Source of the DNA: a virus
Taxonomy: Duplodnaviria; Caudoviricetes
Direction: 5' to 3' (one strand)
DNA: 64,000 bases
Virus record (IMG/VR): IMGVR_UViG_3300027804_002812
Coordinates: 32,001-96,000 of that record
The notes under the pieces are model-generated. The model was given only the letters and a program-made list of their open reading frames with translations, did not search any database and was not told the DNA's origin. The translations under genes were made by a program, and so were the position numbers. Positions 9,126 through 20,485 of the stretch are shown here, in pieces. How positions within the stretch are numbered: the first letter of the stretch is position 1; every line of letters begins with the position of its first letter.

Positions 9126-10806
9126 TTAGTGGTTTAATTGCAAAATCAAATCCATCAAGATTATCATTATAATTTATTCCTTCAGGTATCAATCTGAAAA
9201 TCACTTGGGTATATGGATATTGTGCCGAATTCAAAAATGGATAATTAACCCCACGACGCAAGTTGTCAATAAACCCATAGGTATAAATATCTCTCCATCT
9301 GAACTCTTGGTCGGCAGTTGAGTAAAATGCCCAACTCGGTACATTATCAATTAAACCCAATTCAGCGGTCTCTATATAATCCGAAAAAACTTTGAGAACC
9401 ATAGTGTTATGTGGTTTATAATAATAACCTGGTGAATTGGTTGAAAAATTATTTGTAGTCTGAAAAACCTGTTGGTTAAACTTTATCTTATGATAATATG
9501 GCGATACTACACGTTCTACTTGTTCATAGTCATTCCACTCACAAAAATCACCATCCATGACATCTCCAGGTTTCAAATCTGTGTTGTAATAGAATGTTTT
9601 AGTCGCACCATTGGTGAGAGTATATGCCGAAACTGGTATACTTGTATTTGACCTTTGATTATTTAAGTCCCACCAAGGATTAGGAGTTTTAGATAAATTA
9701 AATTCCCATCCCTGTTTCAACCCAACTCCGTTGAATGATTGATTAAAATATCCTGAATAACCCTTATTAACAATAGTAAGACTTATTTCATTCAGTGGTC
9801 TTTTTTGATTATCTAAAAAACCCGCAAAGTCTAAATCATAGTTAGATGTTACGTCATATGCATTACTACTAGATTTTTGAGATATTCTTGTAACGTTGTT
9901 TGGAGTTATAGAACTATATTCCAATTTCTTTTCTTCCCCAAATACATTTTTTTCAAATCCCGCTTTTGTAATCGCAAGGTCGTTTAAGTTAGTCAACACC
10001 TTATATTTTTTTACATAATATTTCGATTTAGTTTCTGTTAAGTTGTCAGGGTTAATTACCCTCCTAAACGTTCCAATCGTGCCATTACTAAATGTCGCAC
10101 CTGTAAATCCAATGTTAAATAAATTGAAAACATGTGTACTACTTCCAAACAATCCATTACCAATAGAATATACCTGAAATATATTAGACCCCCTATAAGT
10201 TAAAGATAACTCAACATATTCTCCCGTAGTTAATCCATGAGGAGCAACACAGACAAATGAAACTAATCCATTACCATTCTGTGTAGTATTCCTGATTGAG
10301 AATGGGATTCCACTAGACGCAGTCCAGTTGACATCATTATTTGTTGTCGAGTAATATGTTAATTGTCTATTACTATCATTCTCGTACGGGTATGTTAAGT
10401 AATACATCCAATTATAAGTGTAGGCACTTTTTGCTTTGTACTGAAAGTGATTGTCCCCCACATTAGGTCTATAAAAATCAAACTCGTAATATTGAGGAAA
10501 TCCTCTCCATATCCCACTTTGTTTTGAAGCTACAGGGTCACTGTAATAAAGGTTGTATTGGAAAGGTAAATAAGTTGTTGAACCAGTATACGTGTTGTCA
10601 TACAAGTATGTAATCTTGAAGGTAGGTCTGAATATCGTACTAGTCTGTCTCTCATCATCATAAATCTGAGCTAAATTCAAGGTTGAAGTCCTATCATACT
10701 CAGTCAGTTCTTGACTCTGTTCTTGGAGCGTTACAGAAAGTTCCTCATCTAAAGATGGGGCACCCTTATATCTAAGTCCACTCGGTATTATTGTATACTT
10801 ATTCAT
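9109..10806 (-). CDS. Hypothetical structural protein, Tyr/Asn/Thr-rich
   Basis: 565 aa ORF overlapping both neighbours in the baseplate operon. Confidence 0.6.
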   Translation of the reverse strand: MNKYTIIPSGLRYKGAPSLDEELSVTLQEQSQELTEYDRTSTLNLAQIYDDERQTSTIFRPTFKITYLYDNTYTGSTTYLPFQYNLYYSDPVASKQSGIWRGFPQYYEFDFYRPNVGDNHFQYKAKSAYTYNWMYYLTYPYENDSNRQLTYYSTTNNDVNWTASSGIPFSIRNTTQNGNGLVSFVCVAPHGLTTGEYVELSLTYRGSNIFQVYSIGNGLFGSSTHVFNLFNIGFTGATFSNGTIGTFRRVINPDNLTETKSKYYVKKYKVLTNLNDLAITKAGFEKNVFGEEKKLEYSSITPNNVTRISQKSSSNAYDVTSNYDLDFAGFLDNQKRPLNEISLTIVNKGYSGYFNQSFNGVGLKQGWEFNLSKTPNPWWDLNNQRSNTSIPVSAYTLTNGATKTFYYNTDLKPGDVMDGDFCEWNDYEQVERVVSPYYHKIKFNQQVFQTTNNFSTNSPGYYYKPHNTMVLKVFSDYIETAELGLIDNVPSWAFYSTADQEFRWRDIYTYGFIDNLRRGVNYPFLNSAQYPYTQVIFRLIPEGINYNDNLDGFDFAIKPLIDECE

Positions 10807-13800
10807 CTACAGAATACTTTGTTTTGAATTTATCCAAAGCGGTTTGTCCGACAATAGTTCCAAAATAAAATTGGAATGGAGCTCCAACCACAAATTTTTG
10901 TTTCAATGCCCCAGTTGCAATATATTGACCATTACCAACTGTTCCATTGACATTGAATATATATCCTCGTGCATTCAAATCATTAGATTCTGAATTGTTA
11001 CTCCAAAAATACTGAGTATCAGATGCATATCTATCTAACGATTGATACCTAACATTTTGAACAATGTCTGATAAAGATGTTGCCCACGTATTATTTTGAT
11101 TACCGAAAATAAGATTAGTGTTAGCCAATTTCCATTGATAAAAAGGTACCACCTGTGATTTTATACTATAAGGGTACGGATAATATCCTATGTCATCGGT
11201 ACCTCTGAAATTTATTCTACCAGGTGTCAGATAATCTTTAGTTTGTAAATCTTCCGTAGTAGATGAAAACCATACTGCAATAGTTGGATCTTTTTCAGTC
11301 CCTAAAATTTGTGTAGGTGGATTAGTATCACCAGATAAAATATCATAATATTCTGGTGAAAAATTAATATTTCCAATTTCACTATTAATTGACAACAGTT
11401 GAGCAAGGTCTCCATCTATCCTTCTTTCAGGTCTCGAAAATAATTGATTGATGGAGTTATCTCCTGCAGGTATTAATTGTTCTAAGAAATTTTCATCTGT
11501 AATTCTTGATATTACAAACAAATTAATCAAATCAGAAGTATCCCCATAGCTTGTTGGATTTATGTTAGGTAATATAAATCCTCGAGTTGTAGGGTCAAAA
11601 GTTATTTCAGAATAGAAATAATCTTTCATTCCCAAATTTATGACAGTGGTGGGATATAATAAGTTCAAATCATTAATACCTCCATCTTGTTTGTTTACTA
11701 TTTTTCCAACAAATTTGTTTGTTGTAAAATTGTATGGGCTACTTCTATAATAGAAGTTGTTACTATCCCGATTATAATACACCACATCTTCACAGAACCG
11801 AACCTGACCGACTTTATTTTGTCTATTATAAAAAGTATCAACTTGTATTGGAAAGAAATATAATGAACCGTTAATCCAATTGTTCATAAATGATTGGGAA
11901 AGTACTCCTCTACATAACCCATAAAAGAATCTGAATCTATACCCCCATTCATTAAAGTTTGAAAGATCTTTTCCTAAATCAAGTAGTGGCCTTCTTAAGA
12001 ACAAATAACAACCTTTATACACATTATCCTTTGTAGTACATTCTTGATTTATTCCAAAATTGTCACCAAATCCTTGATAACAATCTAATCCAACCATATT
12101 TTCACAACTAAATGTTGAAAACACGGTCAAATCATTTGGTAATCCATCAAGATCTTCAATTGGTATCTCGGCACCAGTTTGATATGACGCCAAATCCAAT
12201 GGTTGATCGGGGTCAGTGATATTGTAAAAAATAAAATTATTATTTTGTTGTAGTAATGCCGGATTAGCTTCCCATGAACTACCATTCAACGCATCGGATG
12301 ATGGTAACCTATCAGTCCTCATAACGTTGTTTATTTTAGAAGAGATTGGCATAGGATTTACCAATAACTGAGGATATCCGTTAGGAGTAAAATACTCATA
12401 TTTTACATCATTATAATTAAAATTGAATGTGAGTAAAAGAAATGGTGTGAGTGAAAATGCGTCGATGTTCGAAAATATATAGGACCCTCCTGATACATCT
12501 TCAGACAGATCATATTTTGCAGCATTTTGAGTCGATGAATAAAAATCATTATTAGTTCTACTAACCATAGCAGTAACTCCTCCTAAATTCTCGTCCCTTA
12601 ACCTGTTGTTGTTAGATGTCGCGTCTAAGCTTCCATAGTAACCAACAGTCGATGTTGTAAATCCAGAAAAGTTATTTCCCGCTTCGAAAAAATACGACGG
12701 ATAAAACATACCACTTTGGGTAAATGGTTGGACCGATATATTAGTTTGAGTTAACTTTTGTATTGGTATATTTAACCTTGTTTGTGCAGTAAATATAAAT
12801 TCAGAGTCATCAATATTTTTTCCAAATATTCTTCCAAGTCGATATTCATTTGTATATTTTGGAGAATAAGGGTCAACACCTCTTTGTAATACTAATATAT
12901 ATTGTTCACCCATCTCAGTAAAAGCACTCATTGGGTTAATCAAGAAATCGTCATCCCGTCTATACCCCGGAATAGGGAACGCCCTTTTTTTCGCCAAAGT
13001 AATTCTTGATGGTGCGTTTAGAACATTTGGGAAAGTCTCCAATTCATTTGTATTCCATATTTTGACTGCATCCGCAATCGTTATGGCGGTCACTACTTGA
13101 AAATATTCCCTGTCTTGAGGGTATGATTGTCTTACAACTGTACTACCTGTTGGTAAAGAATAAGTTGTGGTTTGTTCTGAGGTCTGATTAACCGCATACT
13201 TTACATCGATTAAGGCCGAACCAGTTATTGTTGTTCCTGTAATACCATTAACAATTCCATTCTCGGTTTGAGCAGTAAATAAAAAATTCCTGTCCGAAGT
13301 TGTTGCAGGATTAACAGTTGTCAATAATTGTCCGGCTTGATAGTTGGAATTAGAAAGTACAGTAATCGTATTATCGAAGTGAAATTTACCAAGGTTAGAA
13401 TCTTTTGCGAAGGTAACTTTAATTCTATTCAATCCCTCAAAATAGTTTTGTCTTGAATTGAATATATTAATTCTTTCTCCCAACGTCAAACTATCTGAAA
13501 ACGCAAAGTGTTTTCTTTCATCAGATTCATCGGATAAAAATCTTTCAACAGATGATACTGGAGTTTTGAAAATATTCAAATCCGACACAGAATCATTATT
13601 TCCCGCAATTGCTTGTGAGAAAATAGAAGATTTTATTTGTATATCTTCAGAAGGAGTTCCGTCCGCTCCAAAAATTGACTCTAGTCCCTGATAATAACTT
13701 GGTGGAAATGAAACATAAGACAAAACTCCAGAAGTACCTCCCAAAAGAGCCTCAGAATTTAGTTTGCCTTCATTACAAGAACAAGATTGACATTCCGGAT

Positions 13801-15544
13801 AAGTTATCATCGGTAATCTAATAGTAAAACTTTTAGTTTCACATTTTATATTCAATGCGATACAAATAAAACCGAATGGCCTAACTTTGATTACAGGAAT
13901 TTCAACATCACACAAGAAACACAAGGCTTGAATTACGATAGTGTAAATGCCCAAAAGTAAGTGAGCATTTATCAAAATAACTAATCCAACAAATTGAATT
14001 ACCGTGAATAATATTGAAAATAAAAAGTATAACAAATCAAAGTTTTTGAACCCATCATTAACAGGAAACTTGTTAATAGTACTATCACAACTATCATCAT
14101 CAATTTCTTTTATTCCAATAAATCTACCTCGTCCGTCTCCTTTTTTATATTGATCAATTAATGATGATATTGTATAAACTCGATTGAATTGAAATTCATA
14201 AAAAGTGTCTTCACAGTCAATTATTTCATTTAATCTATCTATCTGTTCTGATCCATTAAAACCATTTGTGTATCCACTCCAAGCCAAACCAAAATAATAA
14301 GAACTTTCTTGAATGTCTTTTGTTGTTTGACTTCCCGAATTGGTTGGGTCTGTTGTAGAATTAATCCATCCATACTCTTTTACGTTAGGAACCAAATAAC
14401 TCGGCCTCCTTGTCTGCATGGTTAAATCATTCGCTTGTGACCATTTTACTTTGAATCTGTACTTACCTTTAGTTGGTATGCCGAGAGTAGGATCGTTAGA
14501 CAAAACTCTTTCTCCAAATTCATTTGTTACAACATAGTCCAAATTCATTGGTAATTCTGTTAACCAAGTCCCGTCTCCATCAATTACATTACCAGCTTGT
14601 TCCAACTCATATACCTCTAGTACGGGATTACCGTCTTCATCTTGTTGTGTAGTCTGTCTTATCGCTAATATTTGACCAGGTCCTGAAGTAAGCCCACACA
14701 AATTACCCATATTATCTTTGGGTTTACAATTTCTCCTTATTCTGAATTTATCAGGAGAAGAAAACATTGACCCCATAAAAACTGAGGTTGGTTGGATATC
14801 GACGTTGGCGTCGTCTCGTAAATCAAAATCTACTCTATTAATCGATATGTCACATATTTCAGGGTCTCCCCATAAAGGAGAAATTTCAGCATTTTTGGTT
14901 AGATTAATAATTTGAGGTAAGGAATTCAAGTCAGTAGATGTTCTGAATTTATTTCCAGCAACTTGTGCTTCAGTCGCTAAACCCATTCTAATTAAATCTT
15001 GTGGTGTTAAGGAGAACTCACCTATGTCTGAAAGGTCAACATCCATCACTATAGTCTGTGCTCCGAGTGGAACTCCCATTATCATATAGTCTCCACTATC
15101 ATTTGTTCTAGAGGTGAACCTATAATACTTGTCGTAGATTTCTACGGCAGTGCTTCCTGTTAGAACATCAGATTTTGAAGGTAGTGTTCCAGTCGCAGAG
15201 TGTTTTGAATACGATGGTGTATAAGGAAGTAAATTATATCTATACCCATCATCGTTCCTATCGTTTGGAGATTTGTATGGATATATACTTGTAATTATTG
15301 GGTTTGATTCATCAACCTCTTCGATTGGAATGAATATTGAAACTCTGGCGTTTGGGACACCAAATCCATTATTAGCTGTGACTCTACCAACCAAAACACC
15401 ATAATCAGCACAGCTTCTTGTGTAGATATCAGTTTGTTGTATTTTAAGAGATAGTATTTCTAAGAACTCAAACTCTTGGTCTAATTGTACATTAATTGAT
15501 TTATTAATACCAAGTTCGGTCTTAATTCTATATGAATCACCCAT
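10799..15544 (-). CDS. Large virion protein with N-terminal carboxypeptidase-regulatory-like domain and an internal hydrophobic helical segment
   Basis: VLVGRVTANNGFGVPNARVSIF...TNDSGDYMIMGVPLG resembles CarboxypepD_reg. A hydrophobic stretch of about 60 aa lies near 13850-14045. Confidence 0.55.
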   Translation of the reverse strand: MGDSYRIKTELGINKSINVQLDQEFEFLEILSLKIQQTDIYTRSCADYGVLVGRVTANNGFGVPNARVSIFIPIEEVDESNPIITSIYPYKSPNDRNDDGYRYNLLPYTPSYSKHSATGTLPSKSDVLTGSTAVEIYDKYYRFTSRTNDSGDYMIMGVPLGAQTIVMDVDLSDIGEFSLTPQDLIRMGLATEAQVAGNKFRTSTDLNSLPQIINLTKNAEISPLWGDPEICDISINRVDFDLRDDANVDIQPTSVFMGSMFSSPDKFRIRRNCKPKDNMGNLCGLTSGPGQILAIRQTTQQDEDGNPVLEVYELEQAGNVIDGDGTWLTELPMNLDYVVTNEFGERVLSNDPTLGIPTKGKYRFKVKWSQANDLTMQTRRPSYLVPNVKEYGWINSTTDPTNSGSQTTKDIQESSYYFGLAWSGYTNGFNGSEQIDRLNEIIDCEDTFYEFQFNRVYTISSLIDQYKKGDGRGRFIGIKEIDDDSCDSTINKFPVNDGFKNFDLLYFLFSILFTVIQFVGLVILINAHLLLGIYTIVIQALCFLCDVEIPVIKVRPFGFICIALNIKCETKSFTIRLPMITYPECQSCSCNEGKLNSEALLGGTSGVLSYVSFPPSYYQGLESIFGADGTPSEDIQIKSSIFSQAIAGNNDSVSDLNIFKTPVSSVERFLSDESDERKHFAFSDSLTLGERINIFNSRQNYFEGLNRIKVTFAKDSNLGKFHFDNTITVLSNSNYQAGQLLTTVNPATTSDRNFLFTAQTENGIVNGITGTTITGSALIDVKYAVNQTSEQTTTYSLPTGSTVVRQSYPQDREYFQVVTAITIADAVKIWNTNELETFPNVLNAPSRITLAKKRAFPIPGYRRDDDFLINPMSAFTEMGEQYILVLQRGVDPYSPKYTNEYRLGRIFGKNIDDSEFIFTAQTRLNIPIQKLTQTNISVQPFTQSGMFYPSYFFEAGNNFSGFTTSTVGYYGSLDATSNNNRLRDENLGGVTAMVSRTNNDFYSSTQNAAKYDLSEDVSGGSYIFSNIDAFSLTPFLLLTFNFNYNDVKYEYFTPNGYPQLLVNPMPISSKINNVMRTDRLPSSDALNGSSWEANPALLQQNNNFIFYNITDPDQPLDLASYQTGAEIPIEDLDGLPNDLTVFSTFSCENMVGLDCYQGFGDNFGINQECTTKDNVYKGCYLFLRRPLLDLGKDLSNFNEWGYRFRFFYGLCRGVLSQSFMNNWINGSLYFFPIQVDTFYNRQNKVGQVRFCEDVVYYNRDSNNFYYRSSPYNFTTNKFVGKIVNKQDGGINDLNLLYPTTVINLGMKDYFYSEITFDPTTRGFILPNINPTSYGDTSDLINLFVISRITDENFLEQLIPAGDNSINQLFSRPERRIDGDLAQLLSINSEIGNINFSPEYYDILSGDTNPPTQILGTEKDPTIAVWFSSTTEDLQTKDYLTPGRINFRGTDDIGYYPYPYSIKSQVVPFYQWKLANTNLIFGNQNNTWATSLSDIVQNVRYQSLDRYASDTQYFWSNNSESNDLNARGYIFNVNGTVGNGQYIATGALKQKFVVGAPFQFYFGTIVGQTALDKFKTKYSVDE

Positions 15545-15642
15545 GTAATATCTTTAATTTATAAATAGTTTATGTGTAATTTTTAAGAATTAAAAGCACA
15601 CACATTCTAAATTATAAACCAAAGCTTCGGATAATAAACCGA

Positions 15643-17481
15643 TTATGAGAAAGTAGTAGACTGGAAATTCTGAACCGAAACCTTAATATCTTTGTTTGGA
15701 TATCTGATTTGGTATACCTGTGATGGTTGAGCGAAAATTGTTGAGTTGACTGGTTGAATTTCTCTTGTCTCAGGGTTAGAATATTGCATAGAAGTTTCTG
15801 CGGATGAATACTGACCTCCAACATTGTTGAAAACTTTAATACCCGAAACAGTTAAAACTCCATTTTGATTTTGAACAATGCTTTGAATTTCAGATAAATA
15901 AACATTCTGTCCCAACTCCCTTACTTGAGGATTAAAGTAAGCTGCGATTCTATCCACAACATCAGCAATAACTTGACCTGAATTCTGAGCCGATGTTAAA
16001 ACAATAGAAACTTCAACACTTAAATCGATAACCTCAGCAGTAAGAATAGATATATAATCATTCATCATTCTATAGTTAGAAAGATACGTCGCAACATTTT
16101 GTTTTAAGGTATTTGATACAATATTTGTTAACTTTCCTGAAGTATCATATGATAATAATTGAATCAAAATTTTGTTATTGTTTTCAGTAACTGAAACTTT
16201 AGCAGGTGCACCAAACTCTGATGGCATATTTCTGATAATAGACTCATAATCTTGTACTGTAACGGCTCTTTTTTGAGCTGAGAAGTTGAATGACACATAG
16301 TTTCTAATTTCTTCAAGTGACGGTAACCCCGCTCCACCGATTGCCGCAGTAACGTTATTACATCTCAAAGAATTCACTACTGATGAGTTAGTAAGCTCGG
16401 ATGGTCCATTAACAAAGAAAGACACAGTACCAATTTGAGTAATAACATTTGTCCCTAAGTTAGTACCTAAGCCACCACCGATTCTATATTGTACAAATAA
16501 AGTTGAGTTTGGAGTTAAAGCAGACCCTAAAGATATGTTGTTCGAATATCTCTGTAAATCTATTGTCGCCCCTAATGTCGTGAATTGGTTAAGAGCATCT
16601 TGTGCAGTATTTGTACCACCACCAAAAGTTAATTTTTTGAATCCTTCAGGTGTATATTCACTAATAAATCTATTTGGTGTTTGAATATACCTACCAACTT
16701 TAATACCTGGTTGGTCAGATACTTTTGTTGGATCTTCAATAAAAACTCTATCTTCGGCTAAAGCGTCTACCTCATACCATTTGTTAGATGGTCCTAAAAA
16801 TTCCGCACTTGTTGGTATGTTGGTATATTCAGTTCCACTCTTAAGTAAAACACTTGTTATACCCAGCACATTTTTTTCAGGTAGAAACAATTCAAAAAAT
16901 GGTTTAACATCATTTGGTGTTATAACTCTTTTGAAAACCTTAGTAATACCATTAACTACCAACTCTCGTTTAGTAATTGTATAGTTTACTAATACGTTAT
17001 TGGCATTGAAGTTAGGTATCTTAAGTCTATTAGGAAATCCTTGGGCATTGTATGGTGAAGTGAAATCAACATCATATATATTTTCAAAAACAATTCCCGC
17101 CCCTGAAACTTGTGACCCTCTTGATAAAATTCCAAGATATCTTTCATCTTCTTTATCACCGAAGGCTGGTACCGTAATTGAGAAATCTACTAAAGATACC
17201 GATGGTCTTTGTCCAGGTAGTTTCAAACCATAAGTTCTTGCAATATTATATATTGAAGATCTTTGTTGTGCATATTGTAGTACTGTTTCTTGAATACTCC
17301 TATCGATGTGATAATGTAAGTTATCCGCAACGGCAGCATTCAAGTCCAAAAATACTGAAAATACAGATGCGTCATTAAAATCTTGTATTAGTTCAGGATA
17401 ATATGTCCTCACATAATTCAGTAACTCAGTTCTTATCCCCTGATAATCTCTAGTTGTATATGAAATTTTACGATTTGCCAT
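15643..17481 (-). CDS. Baseplate wedge subunit, T4 gp6-like
   Basis: N-terminal YTTRDYQGIRTEL...DFNDAS...LQYAQQRSSIYNIARTYG and later AQKRAVTVQDYE, both typical of gp6 / baseplate J; adjacent to gp25. Confidence 0.85.
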   Translation of the reverse strand: MANRKISYTTRDYQGIRTELLNYVRTYYPELIQDFNDASVFSVFLDLNAAVADNLHYHIDRSIQETVLQYAQQRSSIYNIARTYGLKLPGQRPSVSLVDFSITVPAFGDKEDERYLGILSRGSQVSGAGIVFENIYDVDFTSPYNAQGFPNRLKIPNFNANNVLVNYTITKRELVVNGITKVFKRVITPNDVKPFFELFLPEKNVLGITSVLLKSGTEYTNIPTSAEFLGPSNKWYEVDALAEDRVFIEDPTKVSDQPGIKVGRYIQTPNRFISEYTPEGFKKLTFGGGTNTAQDALNQFTTLGATIDLQRYSNNISLGSALTPNSTLFVQYRIGGGLGTNLGTNVITQIGTVSFFVNGPSELTNSSVVNSLRCNNVTAAIGGAGLPSLEEIRNYVSFNFSAQKRAVTVQDYESIIRNMPSEFGAPAKVSVTENNNKILIQLLSYDTSGKLTNIVSNTLKQNVATYLSNYRMMNDYISILTAEVIDLSVEVSIVLTSAQNSGQVIADVVDRIAAYFNPQVRELGQNVYLSEIQSIVQNQNGVLTVSGIKVFNNVGGQYSSAETSMQYSNPETREIQPVNSTIFAQPSQVYQIRYPNKDIKVSVQNFQSTTFS

Positions 17482-17486
17482 CTATA

Positions 17487-17957
17487 TTAAATATTAATAA
17501 TAACAAAATCACTTTGAGCAAAAGTCGATCTGTTGTTTGAGTAATCTATTCTAATTTTTGCAGTATATTCTGAAGTGCCTTTTCCTGGTAATCTGTAAAT
17601 TGGAGATTCACTTGTACCAATAATATTTTCACCTATCATAGTATCAACTTCCTCCATTGGGTCCGCTGGTGTAATTGTTATCTGATTTAATAAAAGGTTT
17701 GGCATAAACTGTTGAACCGCGTCTCTTATATCTGATTGAATTGCATCAAAAGTCAATCCATCGAATGGTTCGAATAAGAATTCGTATAATCTAGTACCAA
17801 ATTCAGGTAAATAATATCTACTTCCCTTCCTTGTTAAAAGTAAGTGTATTAAATCAGATTTTACCTGTTGAGATTCTAATTGAGTAAGTTCTAAAAAATC
17901 CCCTCGTCTCGAATCTCTGAATGGAAAATTAATACCATATGTAACTCCGTTTGCCAT
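17487..17957 (-). CDS. Baseplate wedge protein, gp25/GPW-like
   Basis: GINFPF...VKSDLIHLLLTRKGSRYYLPEFGTRLYEFLFEP is the gp25 motif. Start moved to MANG at 17957, with TATTTATC 3 nt upstream. Confidence 0.88.
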   Translation of the reverse strand: MANGVTYGINFPFRDSRRGDFLELTQLESQQVKSDLIHLLLTRKGSRYYLPEFGTRLYEFLFEPFDGLTFDAIQSDIRDAVQQFMPNLLLNQITITPADPMEEVDTMIGENIIGTSESPIYRLPGKGTSEYTAKIRIDYSNNRSTFAQSDFVIINI

Positions 17958-18004
17958 AAAGATAAATATAAGTCCCTTGTTTTTCCTTATAAATAGCCAC
18001 AAAT

Positions 18005-18030
18005 AAAAAATCCCGATATATATCGGGATT
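18005..18030 (-). terminator. Intrinsic terminator after nrdA
   Basis: Perfect 22-bp palindrome AATCCCGATATATATCGGGATT followed by a U-run on the minus strand. Confidence 0.75.
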
Positions 18031-18040
18031 AATTATTTAA

Positions 18041-20467
18041 TTAAGATGAACAACCGAAACATTCAATTTCAATTCCTTCAGGTTTTGGTGGTAAATTCAT
18101 ACTACTATAATCTACTTTTGGAACCTCAACATTTGGTTTTGGTTTTTGTGTCTTTGAGATATCCAACGCTAAGTGTTTAGCCCCTGTTGATATCGCTTTA
18201 GTTCTTACATAATAACACAAAGTTTTCAATCCTTTTTCCCATGAATGGAAGTGGGATGATGTAATCTTTGACAATGTCGGGTTAGACATATAGATATTCA
18301 TAGACTGAGATTGGTCAATGAAAGGTGCTCTGTCAGCCGCCATGTTAATCAATTCTCTCTGAGAAATTTCCCAAATTGTTTTGTACTTTGGAATTAGGTG
18401 TTCAATTCTTTTAACTTTTTTGTTGTAGTTTTTATCTTCAGGGTCAAGATATAAATTAAAGTTAATATTTTGAATTGAACCTTCATTCAGAATTATTTCA
18501 TTCTTCAAGTCTTCAGACCAAATGCCAATTTTTTCGAAATCGTTAATCAAGTATTTGTTCACAATCATAATTTCACCTCCAACAACTCGTCTGTTGAATA
18601 ATGCAGAGTGTGCTGGTTCTGTCATTTCAAAAGAACCAGTAATCTTTGCAGATGACGCAACAGGCATCTGAGCGGTAAATAATGAATTACAAACGCCATA
18701 CTCCATAACATCTTTCTTCAATGTTTCCCAATCCAAGAATAACTCTGATTCGTTAACACTCCACATATCAAATTGGAAAATACCTTTCGACATTGGAGAA
18801 CCTTTGAAGAATTCGTAAGGTCTTCTAATTCCTTTTTTACACAAATCATTACTTTCAGTGACCGCAGCGAAATAAATTGCTTCAAAAATATTTTTATTCA
18901 ATGTTTTAGCCTCATCCGAAGTGAAGACATAATCCATAAGACAGAATACGTCAGCTAAACCTTGTACTCCAATACCAATCGCTCTTTGTTCCAAACCGCC
19001 TTTAAGACCTTTCTGAGTTGAATAGTTGTTCTTATCAATAACATTGTTCAATGCACGAACAGCCTTTCTTACTTCTTCAATCAAAAGTTTATAATCAAAC
19101 TTTCCGTCAACGATAAAGTTTTTCAAAACGATTGATGATAGTGTACAAATCGCAGTTGTATCCTCATCAGTATACTGATAAATTTCATTACACAAGTTAG
19201 ATTGTTTGATTACACCGATGTTTTGATGGTTGGTCTTCTTGTTCGCACTATCTTTAGCACATAAGTAAGGGACACCAGTTTCAACTTGGGATTCGATTAC
19301 TTTACTCCAAATCTCTTGTGCCTTTACCTTACGACCAATACCAGCATTTACAGCCAACTGATAGTTTCTTTCATACTCGTCACCAAAACATTCCTGTAAA
19401 GGTTTGATACCTGCTTTGATAATATCATTTGGACAGAACAAATACCAATCTTCATTGTTTTTAACTGCTCTCATGAAATTATCAGGAATCCAAAGTGCTG
19501 TAAACAAATCTCTTGCTCTTAATTCTTCTGCCCCTGTATTCTTTTTGATATCCAATAAATCAAAGATATCTTTGTGCCATGGTTCCAAGTATATCGCAGC
19601 ACTACCAGGCCTTCTTCCTTGTTGGTTAAAGAATCTCAATGACTCGTTTACAATCTTAAGATATTTTAACAACCCACCAGCGAAACCACCAGATGATTTG
19701 ATTCTACTTTCTTTACTCCTGATGTTGGACATAGATAATCCAATACCTGCAGCATCTGAAGAATATGTTGAAATATCATTCAAGGTTTTCAATAATCCAT
19801 CTCTTGAATCTGAGTTGTTGTAATGTAACACACAAGATGCTAACTGAGGAACTTTAGTTCCTGAGTTAATCATAATTGGAGTCGCTTTAGAAATACGTTG
19901 ACTTGATAATGAATGGTAGTATTCTACCGCTTCTTCGAATGAATTAGTAACCCACAGAGCAACTCTCATATACATGTGTTGAGGTCTTTCAATTACTTTA
20001 CCTTGTGGAGTTTTCAACAAATACATTTCTTGTAATGATCTCCATCCAAAATAATCAAAGTTGTAATCATTCTCATGATTGATAACCTCATCAATCTTAG
20101 AAGGTCCATACTTCTCAATCATCTCCATAAGTTCATCGTGAACAACACCATCAACATGAAGGGTATGCATCACATTTGAAAAACTTGGGTCAGTTTCTTT
20201 ATGATACGATGAGATAGCTACTGACGCAGCAAGTCTCGAATAATCATAGTGACTTCCAGTATATGCCGCAGCAATTTCATATACAAGTTTATCTAACTCC
20301 TTTGTAGTTATGTTACCTTCAGTTGGTACTGATGTAATGACCTTAATGAAAATCTCATCAGAGTTTACAGTCAAACCTTTTGCAGCACGTTTAATTCTGT
20401 TATAAATTTTTTGAGGATTGAACGCAACGTCATCCCCATTTCTTTTTTTAATTTTTAATGACATCAT
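18041..20467 (-). CDS. nrdA: Ribonucleoside-diphosphate reductase alpha subunit (class Ia) with N-terminal ATP cone
   Basis: ATP cone (IKKRNG...KIYNRI), ATPIMINSG, QLASC, SNLCNEI, CTLSSI, MPVASSA and LCYYVRT motifs; C-terminal CFGCSS. No intein seen. Confidence 0.97.
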   Translation of the reverse strand: MMSLKIKKRNGDDVAFNPQKIYNRIKRAAKGLTVNSDEIFIKVITSVPTEGNITTKELDKLVYEIAAAYTGSHYDYSRLAASVAISSYHKETDPSFSNVMHTLHVDGVVHDELMEMIEKYGPSKIDEVINHENDYNFDYFGWRSLQEMYLLKTPQGKVIERPQHMYMRVALWVTNSFEEAVEYYHSLSSQRISKATPIMINSGTKVPQLASCVLHYNNSDSRDGLLKTLNDISTYSSDAAGIGLSMSNIRSKESRIKSSGGFAGGLLKYLKIVNESLRFFNQQGRRPGSAAIYLEPWHKDIFDLLDIKKNTGAEELRARDLFTALWIPDNFMRAVKNNEDWYLFCPNDIIKAGIKPLQECFGDEYERNYQLAVNAGIGRKVKAQEIWSKVIESQVETGVPYLCAKDSANKKTNHQNIGVIKQSNLCNEIYQYTDEDTTAICTLSSIVLKNFIVDGKFDYKLLIEEVRKAVRALNNVIDKNNYSTQKGLKGGLEQRAIGIGVQGLADVFCLMDYVFTSDEAKTLNKNIFEAIYFAAVTESNDLCKKGIRRPYEFFKGSPMSKGIFQFDMWSVNESELFLDWETLKKDVMEYGVCNSLFTAQMPVASSAKITGSFEMTEPAHSALFNRRVVGGEIMIVNKYLINDFEKIGIWSEDLKNEIILNEGSIQNINFNLYLDPEDKNYNKKVKRIEHLIPKYKTIWEISQRELINMAADRAPFIDQSQSMNIYMSNPTLSKITSSHFHSWEKGLKTLCYYVRTKAISTGAKHLALDISKTQKPKPNVEVPKVDYSSMNLPPKPEGIEIECFGCSS

Positions 20468-20485
20468 AGATATAAAAGTATTAAA

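Noticed and set aside
15545-15642. Largest intergenic gaps (also 43865-43957 and 48026-48145) as possible tRNA or ncRNA sites
   Set aside because: AT-rich with no cloverleaf or stable stems; explained by promoter boxes and leaders.
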